From positions 920,007-984,006 of the forward strand of contig JACROE010000002.1 of assembly GCA_016214565.1 (NCBI GenBank): DNA of 64,000 bases. Reading direction: 5' to 3'. The translations under genes were made by a program, and so were the position numbers. Source of the DNA: Candidatus Kerfeldbacteria bacterium. Lineage in GTDB: Bacteria > Patescibacteriota > Patescibacteriia > UBA10025 > JAHIVO01. Below are positions 20,370-28,869 of the stretch, piece by piece; position 1 is the first letter of the stretch; every line of letters begins with the position of its first letter. Under the pieces are notes generated by a model. That model saw only the letters and a list, made by a program, of their open reading frames with translations. It searched no databases and was not told where the DNA came from.

Positions 20370-20870
20370 ATGCAAGTACCAAAACGCAAACCAGGCATAT
20401 ATACCAATCAAGAATCCGACCCGCATCTCACTCCGGCAAAGCTGGATGAATTAAAGCGTGAATTGCATCGTTTGAAGACTGTTTCCAGGCCTCAGGCAAT
20501 TCTTGAAACGAAACGTTTGGCGGAAATGGGAGATTTTTCCGAAAATGCCGAATACCAAATTGCTAAAGGCAGACTGCGGGGAATCAATAATCGCATTGAC
20601 GAATTGGTAGATCAGATAGATAGAGCAGTCGTGATAGTCCCAGAATCAACTGCGGACGTCATTGCAATAGGGCATACCGTTATCATTGAGCAAGATGGTG
20701 AACAAAAAACATTTCAAATACTGGGGTCCACTGAGAGCAACCCTCACCTGGGAATTATTTCTTATCAATCGCCACTCGGAGCCGCATTGATAGGCAAAAA
20801 AATTGGCGATGTATTTGAAGTATTACTTGGAAAAAGGAATGTTTCATGTCGCGTAATTAAGATCACGTAG
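20370..20870 (+). CDS. greA: Transcription elongation factor GreA
   Basis: GDFSENAEY and ISYQSPLGAAL motifs. Confidence 0.93.
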   Translation: MQVPKRKPGIYTNQESDPHLTPAKLDELKRELHRLKTVSRPQAILETKRLAEMGDFSENAEYQIAKGRLRGINNRIDELVDQIDRAVVIVPESTADVIAIGHTVIIEQDGEQKTFQILGSTESNPHLGIISYQSPLGAALIGKKIGDVFEVLLGKRNVSCRVIKIT

Positions 20871-20970
20871 GTCCGAAGTTGACTGATACGTCCGACAGAT
20901 TACCTCAACCCTTGCTATTTTTAGAGTTTGCCTGTACACTTCACCCTTAATCATAAAAATATTGAAATAT

Positions 20971-21657
20971 ATGAGGAATTCAAGAGATAGTAGACCAGAT
21001 CGTGGTCGAGGTGGCCGTTTTGGTGGCCGCGATGGTGGTCGTCGTAGTTTTGACGACCGACGAGGCGGTGGCCGTTTTGGTGGCCGCGATTCTGGACCTA
21101 AACAAATGTTTGAGGCTACCTGCGCTGACTGTGGCGATTTGTGCCAAGTGCCTTTCAAACCGCGTGGCGATCGTCCGGTCTATTGCAGCAATTGTTTCGA
21201 CAAACACAATACTCGAGATGAACGAGGTGGTGGCGATCGACGCGACAGCCGACCGCGGTTCGAAGAAAAGCGAATGTTTGATGCTACCTGCGATAATTGC
21301 GGCAATCCCTGCCAAGTGCCATTTCGACCCAGCGGCGAGAAGCCTGTGTACTGCAACGATTGTTTCAGCACCATGGGCGGGGGGCGCAGCGACCGTGGTG
21401 GCGATCGACGCGACAGCCGACCGCGGCAATCAGCTGGCGGAGATAACAAGGAATTATTGGCCCAATTTAATCTTTTAAATGCAAAATTGGATCGAATTAT
21501 CTCGTCATTGTCGCCGGTCATGGCAAAAGAAGTTGCGACAAAAGCCAAGGTTGTACCAGCGCCCGTCACACCCAAAGTGATTAAAGAAAAAGCAGTAAAG
21601 GTGGTAAAGGAAAGCAAACCTGCTAAAGCAGCAAAGAAGAAAAAGGAAGTAAAATAA
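20971..21657 (+). CDS. CxxC-x17-CxxC zinc-ribbon protein with two domains and RGG-rich linkers
   Basis: Two MFxATCxxCGxxCQVPFxP...PVYCxxCF repeats; Lys-rich tail. Confidence 0.9.
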   Translation: MRNSRDSRPDRGRGGRFGGRDGGRRSFDDRRGGGRFGGRDSGPKQMFEATCADCGDLCQVPFKPRGDRPVYCSNCFDKHNTRDERGGGDRRDSRPRFEEKRMFDATCDNCGNPCQVPFRPSGEKPVYCNDCFSTMGGGRSDRGGDRRDSRPRQSAGGDNKELLAQFNLLNAKLDRIISSLSPVMAKEVATKAKVVPAPVTPKVIKEKAVKVVKESKPAKAAKKKKEVK

Positions 21658-21664
21658 GATATTC

Positions 21665-21696
21665 AAAAAAACACCGAGCTGAGCTCGGTGTTTTTT
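21665..21696 (+). terminator. Bidirectional intrinsic terminator
   Basis: A7-CACCGAGC tga GCTCGGTG-T6. Confidence 0.85.
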
Positions 21697-21712
21697 GGTA
21701 TACTTAAATCGT

Positions 21713-21955
21713 ATGTATTTTGTTTATATTGTTCGCTGTGCAGATAAGACACTCTATACGGGAATTACCGTTGATGTTGCCCGTCGCGTGCGAGAGCACA
21801 ATTCGTCTCCCGCTGGCGCTCGGTATACTCGACAACGGCGGCCGGTGCGATTGGTATACCGTAAGCGATTTCGCAATCGATCAACGGCCAGTCGGGCTGA
21901 AAGTCGAATCAAGCAGCTATCTCGTGCTGATAAACTAAAATTAACCCGCCATTGA
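21713..21955 (+). CDS. GIY-YIG nuclease family protein (UPF0213-like)
   Basis: YFVYIVRCAD.TLYTGIT...RRVREHN...GARYT. Confidence 0.92.
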   Translation: MYFVYIVRCADKTLYTGITVDVARRVREHNSSPAGARYTRQRRPVRLVYRKRFRNRSTASRAESRIKQLSRADKLKLTRH

Positions 21956-21988
21956 TAATTAATTGAGTTCGTGGGAATATGACAGTAT

Positions 21989-22300
21989 ATGAATAAGAAA
22001 TGGGCATGTATTATTGGCGGCACCTTTGGTTTATTGCTCATATCCTTTGTGCCAGTGATTCTCACCCCGTCGGTTGCCCCAGGAGTTAGCGTGCCTGATA
22101 GCATGGATAGCGTTATTTTATGGAGCGTAGAAACTCATTTTGACCACCCGCTGCAGCAATTATTTGTTTTTCGTTATCAGATTACAGAACGTCAGGTGCA
22201 GCAGGGGAGCATGGATCAATATCTCGTGCGAGGCAAAACTTTTTTTGGCATTACAGCAGTTACCGCGCGTGTTGGCGCAGACGGGATCGTTACTCAGTAG
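21989..22300 (+). CDS. Hypothetical exported or membrane-anchored protein
   Basis: N-terminal hydrophobic segment. Confidence 0.55.
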   Translation: MNKKWACIIGGTFGLLLISFVPVILTPSVAPGVSVPDSMDSVILWSVETHFDHPLQQLFVFRYQITERQVQQGSMDQYLVRGKTFFGITAVTARVGADGIVTQ

Positions 22301-22311
22301 TCATTGTGCTT

Positions 22312-22542
22312 ATGATTGAATCTAGGATTTACGTTCGAGCAAAAGCACATGCGCATTCGGTAACGATTGCTCAGCAGGATGAAACTCATTTTACTATTTC
22401 AGTGACCGAGCCGGCTGAGGCAGGTAAAGCAAATGAGGCCATACGTCGAGTTTTGGCAGACTATATGCGCGTGCCTCCCACCAGCCTTTCGCTACACTCT
22501 GGCCAACGTTCCTCCCACAAAGTATTTATATTACATAATTAA
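22312..22542 (+). CDS. DUF167 (YggU-like) protein
   Basis: EPAEAGKANEA...SGQRSSHK motif. Confidence 0.85.
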   Translation: MIESRIYVRAKAHAHSVTIAQQDETHFTISVTEPAEAGKANEAIRRVLADYMRVPPTSLSLHSGQRSSHKVFILHN

Positions 22543-22552
22543 TATTATCAAT

Positions 22553-22951
22553 ATGAAAGGTTTTCATTCAAATATTGAGCAGCAAACGCTTGCTAACAAA
22601 AAATTTCGCCAAGTCCTCTATACTGGCAAGCATAGTCAGTTAGTGCTGATGTGTCTTCAGCCACAAGAGGAAATCGGCATGGAGGTTCATATGGATAATG
22701 ATCAGTTTTTTCGTTTTGAATCTGGCGACGGGAAAGTATTAATTGATACTCATGAATATTTAGTAACCGATGGGTCGGCCATTATCGTGCCTGCCGGTGC
22801 TCAGCATAATGTTATGAATGTCTCCTCGGATAAGCCGCTGCAGATGTATACGCTGTATGCACCGGCTCATCACCGTGATGGGGTTGCCCATGATACCAAG
22901 AAAGCTGCTGTAGCCGATGACGAAGAGTTTGACGGAATAACTTCAGAGTAA
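22553..22951 (+). CDS. Cupin-domain protein
   Basis: FRQVLYTG.HSQLVLM, EIGMEVH..DQFFRFE and VPAGAQHN motifs. Confidence 0.9.
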   Translation: MKGFHSNIEQQTLANKKFRQVLYTGKHSQLVLMCLQPQEEIGMEVHMDNDQFFRFESGDGKVLIDTHEYLVTDGSAIIVPAGAQHNVMNVSSDKPLQMYTLYAPAHHRDGVAHDTKKAAVADDEEFDGITSE

Positions 22952-22964
22952 TTGTTTGATCAAT

Positions 22965-23000
22965 AAAAAAACGACTGCTGTACGTAGGGCAGTCGTTTTT
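22965..23000. terminator. Bidirectional terminator between convergent genes
   Basis: AAAAAAACGACTGC / GCAGTCGTTTTT. Confidence 0.8.
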
Positions 23001-23021
23001 GATCGCATAGCATGTTGTTGA

Positions 23022-23246
23022 TTAGGTACTTTCCGGATCATCCTGATCAAGGCAGCCATAATTGTATTGGCGACGTTCCGGCGTCATTTTCCGTCTGACA
23101 ATCAATTGTTGACGAATTGTCAAAAAACGCGTGGCCAATTCAGCGAGGACTTTTAGCTCTTCTTCAACTGTTTTTACCTGATTTGGTAATATCAGCAAAT
23201 CAAGCAGCGCGTCCTCGGATAGACAAGTTAATTCATGATTCTTCAT
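23022..23246 (-). CDS. Small hypothetical protein
   Basis: Strong AAGGAGG RBS before the ATG. Confidence 0.6.
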   Translation of the reverse strand: MKNHELTCLSEDALLDLLILPNQVKTVEEELKVLAELATRFLTIRQQLIVRRKMTPERRQYNYGCLDQDDPEST

Positions 23247-23296
23247 GATTCCTCCTTAATGGTAATGTGCAATTACTAGGTTTGTTTTTGCATAAT

Positions 23297-23322
23297 AAAA
23301 AAACCGGCCCTATCATGGCCGG
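23297..23322 (-). terminator. Intrinsic terminator or attenuator
   Basis: Minus strand reads CCGGCC-7nt-GGCCGG-T7. Confidence 0.75.
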
Positions 23323-23355
23323 GATCACTGTAAATTGACCGTTAGTGCAGAAAAT

Positions 23356-23433
23356 TTATGCAGCACCAGCCATGAGGGTTTTGGGGGCCTCGTTTTTTGG
23401 CGGGTATTGCATTGTGCTGCGTCGGTTATTCAT
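23356..23433 (-). CDS. Putative leaderless 25-aa peptide MNNRRSTMQYPPKNEAPKTLMAGAA
   Basis: ATG lies 11 nt after a -10 box and the ORF is followed by a terminator. Confidence 0.35.
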   Translation of the reverse strand: MNNRRSTMQYPPKNEAPKTLMAGAA

Positions 23434-23444
23434 ATGCAAAAGGT

Positions 23445-23473
23445 AGTATACACCAGTGACTGGCTATGGTCAA
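23445..23473 (-). promoter_or_regulatory. Putative sigma70 promoter
   Basis: Minus strand reads TTGACC-17bp-TATACT. Confidence 0.65.
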
Positions 23474-23491
23474 TTGTATTGGTGGAGCAGT

Positions 23492-23601
23492 GGCCCCTTC
23501 GTGGTCTCAGGACGAAAATGCAAACAGGCCCTTCGTCCCTGGTGGACTCAGTGGCGAAAACGTAAGTAGGCCCCTCGGCCTGTTATGGCCTCGGGGCGAA
23601 A
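23492..23601. repeat. Three tandem REP-like palindromic units
   Basis: GGCCC(C/T)TCG-[variable hairpin]-CTC(A/G)G..CGAAA at 23492, 23527 and 23569. Confidence 0.7.
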
Positions 23602-23618
23602 CATCAAGTCTTATAAAT

Positions 23619-23647
23619 TTGATGTTTCGGTTTTTATTCGGTATACT
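23619..23647 (+). promoter_or_regulatory. Sigma70 promoter with a TTCGG-N6-TTCGG direct repeat in the spacer
   Basis: TTGATG-17bp-TATACT; TTCGG at 23626 and 23637. Confidence 0.55.
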
Positions 23648-23659
23648 AAAAACAGCCTT

Positions 23660-23911
23660 ATGCAGGTGGAAAAGCTGGATGAACCAATCCGTGTGGTGGC
23701 TGATTTTAGCGGCAAAAAGGTTCGCCCCTTGTCGTTTACCCGCCACCAAGGCCGGCGATATGATATCGACCGGGTTAATTTGGTATATCGGACGCGGGTT
23801 GGGGATCGTTACCACTGGTGCTTTGCCTGTTCGGACGCGGCAAATACGTACGTTCTTTTTTATGATCCGTACGCGTTGCGTTGGACACTACGAGAGATTC
23901 AAATGGAGTAG
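23660..23911 (+). CDS. Small Y-family polymerase-associated protein (DUF6504-like)
   Basis: PxxFx...GRRYxIxRV...YxLxYD...WxL pattern; lies near dinB. Confidence 0.7.
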   Translation: MQVEKLDEPIRVVADFSGKKVRPLSFTRHQGRRYDIDRVNLVYRTRVGDRYHWCFACSDAANTYVLFYDPYALRWTLREIQME

Positions 23912-23920
23912 GGGTAGGTA

Positions 23921-24550
23921 CTAGTCTTCGAGATCGGTTGGTTTTTCGCCCCACGTCATAGCTGATTCAGGCTTGCCCGTTTCTTCTTGGTGGCCATAGA
24001 CCGTTTGATTCTGTGCATCGAGGAAATTGAACCGGGTGACGGTGAAATCTTGCAATTGTCCCTCAATCATTTTTTTGCCAATAATGGTGGTCGTTTCTTT
24101 CGTGTAGTCGCCAATTTTTTCGCGCGTGGTAGCTTCCCGGTAGATTTCTCCCATGCGTTCGCCTTCGGTAACCTGACCAGTTTTTTCAATCAGCGTTCCT
24201 TGATCATCATATTGGTAATTCTCCACCCAGGAGTGTTCGCGATCAGTATTGGTACCGCTTATGGTAGTTACGTTTCCCTTATCATCGTAGTTGAATGCAC
24301 GTTCGGTAATTGCTTTGATGACATCCGTGTTTTTGCCATCAACGCGGTTATAGGCAATATCTTTGCGCCAGGCAGTTTTGCCCTGCTCATTCTGGATAAT
24401 TTCTGCGGTGCGGTGGTCGCCGTCCATTTCCGGCAACTTATCCGCCAGCGCGAGCTCTGGATTTTGCTCGAGCAATCCGCGGCCAGGTAGCTGCTTCTCC
24501 ATGATAGCTTGTTCATTGGGTGTTAGCCCCTGGTATTCCTGGTTGTCCAT
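23921..24550 (-). CDS. Hypothetical protein with YD-like beta repeats
   Basis: FNYDDKGNV and YQYDDQGTL repeats. Confidence 0.7.
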   Translation of the reverse strand: MDNQEYQGLTPNEQAIMEKQLPGRGLLEQNPELALADKLPEMDGDHRTAEIIQNEQGKTAWRKDIAYNRVDGKNTDVIKAITERAFNYDDKGNVTTISGTNTDREHSWVENYQYDDQGTLIEKTGQVTEGERMGEIYREATTREKIGDYTKETTTIIGKKMIEGQLQDFTVTRFNFLDAQNQTVYGHQEETGKPESAMTWGEKPTDLED

Positions 24551-24612
24551 AGTGATTATGTATAGTGGATTAAAGACAGCATAAGCCTATCGCGTAATTA
24601 ATTGATTTGTCA

Positions 24613-25863
24613 ATGCAACGTATCATTCTTCATTTCGACATGAGTTCCTATTTCGCTTCCGTGGAACAGCAGGCGAATCCTCGTTTGCGTGGCCGGCCGG
24701 TTGGCGTAGTGGCTACCATGACGCCGAATGGCTGCATCATCGCCTCATCGCGTGAAGCAAAAGCCCTGGGGATTAAGACAGGTTGTCGGGTGCCGGAAGC
24801 GAAAGCGCTCTGTCCTCATGTTGTTCTCATCGAAGTTGATCCACCTAAATATCGTTCAACCAGTGAGCGTATTTTTTCCTTATACGCGGAATATTCTGAA
24901 GATATTGAGCCATATTCAATTGATGAAGCATTTGTTGATTTAACCGGCGTGGCGGCGTCATATGATCGGGCGCTCGTGATAGCTCGAGAAATCCAACAGC
25001 GGATTAAGGACGAGATTGGGGAGTGGCTTGTTTGTTCGATAGGTATCGCGCCGACGCGCTGGTTGGCTAAGTTTGCCAGCGATACCGCGCCAAAAGGTGA
25101 AGCGATTGTATTAACGCAGGATAATTTATTTGAGTATTTACAGGGTCGTGATGTGCAGGAGGCTTGGGGGATTGCTGGCGCGACCGCGACCCAGCTTGAG
25201 CACTTGGGCATTAGCACACTGGATCAATTAGCTACTTATCCGGTGCAAAATCTGATGACCGTGATGGGAGTGCGGGGGTATTATCTCTGGGCGCAGGTGA
25301 ATGGCATCGAATTGTCCGGTTTGGAAGTGCGACGTCAGCCGAAGTCAATCGGCCATAGTCATATCTTGCGCAGTCGGACGCGTGATCCTCGGTTTTATCA
25401 GGCAGTCCTGATGCGCCTCTGTGAGCGCACCGGCCGCCGGTTGCGGGAAAAAAATTTAGAAGCGCAAGGAATATATTTTCACAGTTCATCGGATCATCGT
25501 GACTCAATCGGCGGCAGTCAAAAGATGCATCACCCGATTACGCATACCTCGCAGATCTTTGATTATGCGTGGCGCTTGTTACAGCCGCACCTTCGGCATG
25601 ACGTGCCGACTTTTTTTGCAGTTGGACTTTTTCACTTGCGGCCACGCGTTGATCAATTGACGTTATTTTCAAATAAAAAAATATCCCCCAGATTAGCTCA
25701 AGCGCTGGATGCTCTGAATAATAAATACGGTGAGGAAACAATAGTGCAGGGGCCATTATTGCGGTTGGGTGGTATGCACGCACCGGATCGGGTTGGATTT
25801 CGGAAGAGTGTGGCGGCGGAGTTCCAGGGTCAGGGAGGATTGACTATGGACGATCAGTTATGA
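24613..25863 (+). CDS. dinB: DNA polymerase IV (Y family)
   Basis: ILHFDMSSYFASVEQ, SIDEAF, SIGIAPTRWLAKFAS and KSIGHS motifs. Confidence 0.93.
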   Translation: MQRIILHFDMSSYFASVEQQANPRLRGRPVGVVATMTPNGCIIASSREAKALGIKTGCRVPEAKALCPHVVLIEVDPPKYRSTSERIFSLYAEYSEDIEPYSIDEAFVDLTGVAASYDRALVIAREIQQRIKDEIGEWLVCSIGIAPTRWLAKFASDTAPKGEAIVLTQDNLFEYLQGRDVQEAWGIAGATATQLEHLGISTLDQLATYPVQNLMTVMGVRGYYLWAQVNGIELSGLEVRRQPKSIGHSHILRSRTRDPRFYQAVLMRLCERTGRRLREKNLEAQGIYFHSSSDHRDSIGGSQKMHHPITHTSQIFDYAWRLLQPHLRHDVPTFFAVGLFHLRPRVDQLTLFSNKKISPRLAQALDALNNKYGEETIVQGPLLRLGGMHAPDRVGFRKSVAAEFQGQGGLTMDDQL

Positions 25864-26518
25864 CAAATGGATTGAAGTTTGTATTGGTGTCATAGACATC
25901 GATACGCTCCCTGCGTTTGAGGAAGCGCACTATGGTATAGGTAACTGGTGTCATGAGTACTTCTACCCCCACTTTAAAGATATAATTTGAAATCAGCACA
26001 CTTACGATTAGTGAGGTGGGTAGAACTCCCCAGAAAGCGATTAGAATAAACAATGCCGTGTCAACCCCTTCACCAACGATTGTGGATCCAATAGTGCGAG
26101 CCCAGAGCCAGCGCCCGTGCGTGGCGATTTTCATTTTAGCCAATACGTATGAATTAAGAAATTCCCCCGCCCAGTAGGCAGTGAGTGATCCTAAAACAAT
26201 ACGGGGGGTTAAGCCGAGAATAGTATGGTATGCGTCTTGATAGGGCCAGTCTGGTGCCGCAGGGAGCCAATCGATGAGCATGATCATGACTGACATTAAA
26301 ACGGCGCTGGTAAATCCAATCCAAATAACTCGACGCGCAGCGGTGTACCCATACACCTCGGTCAGTATATCACCGAAAATGTAAGCCAGCGGGAAGAGTA
26401 ATGTGCCACCATCAAAAGTAAACGATCCAAAAGAAACAATTTTGGTTGAAACTATATTGGAGATAAGGAGTACAGCGACAAATAAACCGGTGATCAAGGT
26501 TATTAAGCGGAATGGCAT
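25844..26518 (-). CDS. Queuosine precursor transporter (YhhQ/VUT family)
   Basis: FPLAYIFGDILTEVYG and RTIGSTIVGEGVDT motifs. Confidence 0.92.
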   Translation of the reverse strand: MPFRLITLITGLFVAVLLISNIVSTKIVSFGSFTFDGGTLLFPLAYIFGDILTEVYGYTAARRVIWIGFTSAVLMSVMIMLIDWLPAAPDWPYQDAYHTILGLTPRIVLGSLTAYWAGEFLNSYVLAKMKIATHGRWLWARTIGSTIVGEGVDTALFILIAFWGVLPTSLIVSVLISNYIFKVGVEVLMTPVTYTIVRFLKRRERIDVYDTNTNFNPFVITDRP

Positions 26519-26559
26519 ATCAAGTTGATAGAATCAATATTGAATTGTACAATCATAGC

Positions 26560-27159
26560 ATGACACAGACAAATCAACCAACCTGGGATGACGTATATAA
26601 AAAAACTCCGGCCGAACGGCTGCCGTGGTATTATGCTGAATTAGATCCGGATTTCGCCCGGGCACTTGAGGCTATTGATGGTCCAACCAAGCGGGTCCTG
26701 GATGTTGGCTCGGGGCCTGGTACGCAGGCGATTGCCTTGGCTGAGCGGGGATTTGACGTGGTCGGCGTGGATATCGCGCCTACTGCCGTAGAGTACGCTC
26801 AGGTGCGCGCCCGTGAGCATGGAGTCCAGGTAGATTTTAAAGTCGACGACATTCTCGAAACCTCTTTACATGGGCCATTTGATTATATTATTGATCGTGG
26901 TGTATTCCACACATTCATGCCGCCGTCTCGAGCGCCCTATGTCCATACTACTTATCAATTGTTGAGACCAGATGGGTACATGTTGCTTAAGTGCTTTAGC
27001 CATCAGCAGCCCGGCACGGATGGTCCGTTTAGGTTTTCACCTTCTCAACTTGAAGAGTATTTTGCACCATATTTTGACATTATTTCGATTGAGGATTCCG
27101 TTTTTCATGGCAGTTATCCGCATGTGAAAGCGTTATTTGCCATTTTGCAGCGCCGGTAG
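26560..27159 (+). CDS. Class I SAM-dependent methyltransferase
   Basis: VLDVGSGPG and FDYIIDRGVFH motifs. Confidence 0.9.
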   Translation: MTQTNQPTWDDVYKKTPAERLPWYYAELDPDFARALEAIDGPTKRVLDVGSGPGTQAIALAERGFDVVGVDIAPTAVEYAQVRAREHGVQVDFKVDDILETSLHGPFDYIIDRGVFHTFMPPSRAPYVHTTYQLLRPDGYMLLKCFSHQQPGTDGPFRFSPSQLEEYFAPYFDIISIEDSVFHGSYPHVKALFAILQRR

Positions 27160-27215
27160 ACGAGAGGGAGGATTTATCCTATACTGGCTGTAACACAATT
27201 ATTTACTATTTACGC

Positions 27216-28139
27216 ATGTCACGATCAAATGCTTATTGGTTAGCCTTGGGTACCGCCCTCATTTCTGGGTTTTCTAATTATCTCGCAAAAATAGCGGTCA
27301 CCGTCGTTTCTGACCCGGTGGTATTCACCTTGCTTAAGAATGCAGTTGTTGCGGTTCTGCTCGTGGGTATTATTGCTTTTGTCTCTCGATTCCGCGAGTG
27401 GCGCAGACTTTCTCGTCAGCAATGGGTACGGCTGATAACAATCGGGGTAGTCGGGGGGAGTATCCCATTTATTTTATTTTTTGTTGGCTTAACTAAGACG
27501 ACAGCCTTGAGCGGTGGATTGATTCACAAAACTCTATTTATTTGGGTGGCGCTTCTCGCTGTTCCATTTCTCAAAGAGCGTATCACCGCACTCCAGGGAG
27601 CCGCCTTTATTTTGCTTATTCTTGGCAATTTCATGCTCGGCGGAGTAAAAGGATTTTCCTGGGGAACTGGCGAGCTCATGATACTTGCCGCAACACTCTT
27701 TTGGGCGGTAGAAAATATTATTGCTAAGAAAGTTTTGGCAGATTTGAGTAGCATCACGGTGGCTGGAGCGCGCATGGCATTTGGTTCAGTTATTTTGGCT
27801 GTTGTTGTATTGTTCCAGGGCAACTTTGATATGATATTTACGCTAACTGGTACGCAGTGGCTCTGGACACTGATACCGGCTGCGTTACTGCTTGGGTATG
27901 TCACCACGTGGTACACGGCGCTTAAATACGCGCGTGCTTCAATTGTGGCTTCATTGCTGGTACCCGCGACATTTATTACCAATATTTTGACTCAAGTACT
28001 CCAAGATAAAACGATGACTCCAGCGCAGATCAGTAGCGGCGTCGCCATCTGTCTTGGTATTGGGCTGCTTCTTTGGGAATTGTTCCGTCAGCGATCACAA
28101 TCATATCAATATGCAGCCGACGCTCACCGCACAAATTGA
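27216..28139 (+). CDS. DMT/EamA family transporter
   Basis: Ten TM segments in two EamA repeats; FLKERIT. Confidence 0.88.
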   Translation: MSRSNAYWLALGTALISGFSNYLAKIAVTVVSDPVVFTLLKNAVVAVLLVGIIAFVSRFREWRRLSRQQWVRLITIGVVGGSIPFILFFVGLTKTTALSGGLIHKTLFIWVALLAVPFLKERITALQGAAFILLILGNFMLGGVKGFSWGTGELMILAATLFWAVENIIAKKVLADLSSITVAGARMAFGSVILAVVVLFQGNFDMIFTLTGTQWLWTLIPAALLLGYVTTWYTALKYARASIVASLLVPATFITNILTQVLQDKTMTPAQISSGVAICLGIGLLLWELFRQRSQSYQYAADAHRTN

Positions 28140-28866
28140 TGGTATCAGTAAATGCGCGCGATACGCTTTCGGCCCCAATATTCAGCGGATGTGCGGACCT
28201 GACATGCAGCGGCAGCTTGGTTCATATATTGATGCCCATACTGCTGATCCTGGGTTAAGCCGTATACTTGAGCAATTTCAAACATTACACCCATATCTTG
28301 AAACTATCGCTCATGCAAACCATATTGCTGATCCTTTTGATGTGCGCGTGGTAGAGGCGTATTGGCTCGGTAATGAATTGCTTGAACGGATTCCTCCCAA
28401 AACTTTTTATGCGCATATGGTTGATAAGCTTCGTTTAAAAGCGAAGACGAGCTCTAAAAGTTTTGAGGAGTTGTCAACGAAATTGCCGCTCGGCGCTCGG
28501 ATGCATCATTCGTTTCACGTATTTAATGTGTATAAGCGAACCGGCCATCATGAAATTTTGCATACGCTGCAAAGTATGGATACGTGCCGCATCAGTTGGG
28601 GGAAGGTAACGCATGTGGTTGGTCCGCGCATTACTGTCGATCGTCAGCCGCTGCTCATAGATGGCCACCGACTCTACCTTGGTCCGGCTGAATCAGTTAA
28701 TGTCACTCGTCGCTTGGATGACGATTGGACATTTGAAAATCTGCAGATTGGGGATTACATCAGTATGCATTGGGGCATGCCCTGCGAAATCATTACTCCG
28801 CGCAATGTGCATTGGTTGTCTCACTATACGCAAAAGCACCTGGCACTGGCTAATACGACATTGTAA
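28111..28866 (+). CDS. DUF6390-like protein with a HypC-like C-terminal barrel
   Basis: ARYAFGPN..CGP, RVVEAYWLGN, HHSFHV, CRISWG and GDYISMHWG motifs. Confidence 0.7.
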   Translation: MQPTLTAQIDGISKCARYAFGPNIQRMCGPDMQRQLGSYIDAHTADPGLSRILEQFQTLHPYLETIAHANHIADPFDVRVVEAYWLGNELLERIPPKTFYAHMVDKLRLKAKTSSKSFEELSTKLPLGARMHHSFHVFNVYKRTGHHEILHTLQSMDTCRISWGKVTHVVGPRITVDRQPLLIDGHRLYLGPAESVNVTRRLDDDWTFENLQIGDYISMHWGMPCEIITPRNVHWLSHYTQKHLALANTTL

Positions 28867-28869
28867 GGT

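Noticed and set aside
20844-21617. Several overlapping alternative-frame ORFs
   Set aside because: Shadow ORFs caused by GC-rich repetitive codons in the CxxC-x17-CxxC gene
23356-23490. tmRNA (tag-like ...AGAA stop and a CTCCACCA end)
   Set aside because: No GGGG 5' acceptor strand or T-loop, and the CCA-like end lies upstream of the ORF on that strand
23492-23601. Possible mini CRISPR array
   Set aside because: Units are degenerate with variable interiors, linkers are only about 9 nt, and no cas genes are present
23987-24490. 167-aa plus-strand ORF
   Set aside because: Antisense shadow of the more protein-like 209-aa minus-strand ORF
27189-27215. Third TGTAAC ECF promoter before the EamA gene
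   Set aside because: No CGATAT at 16-bp spacing
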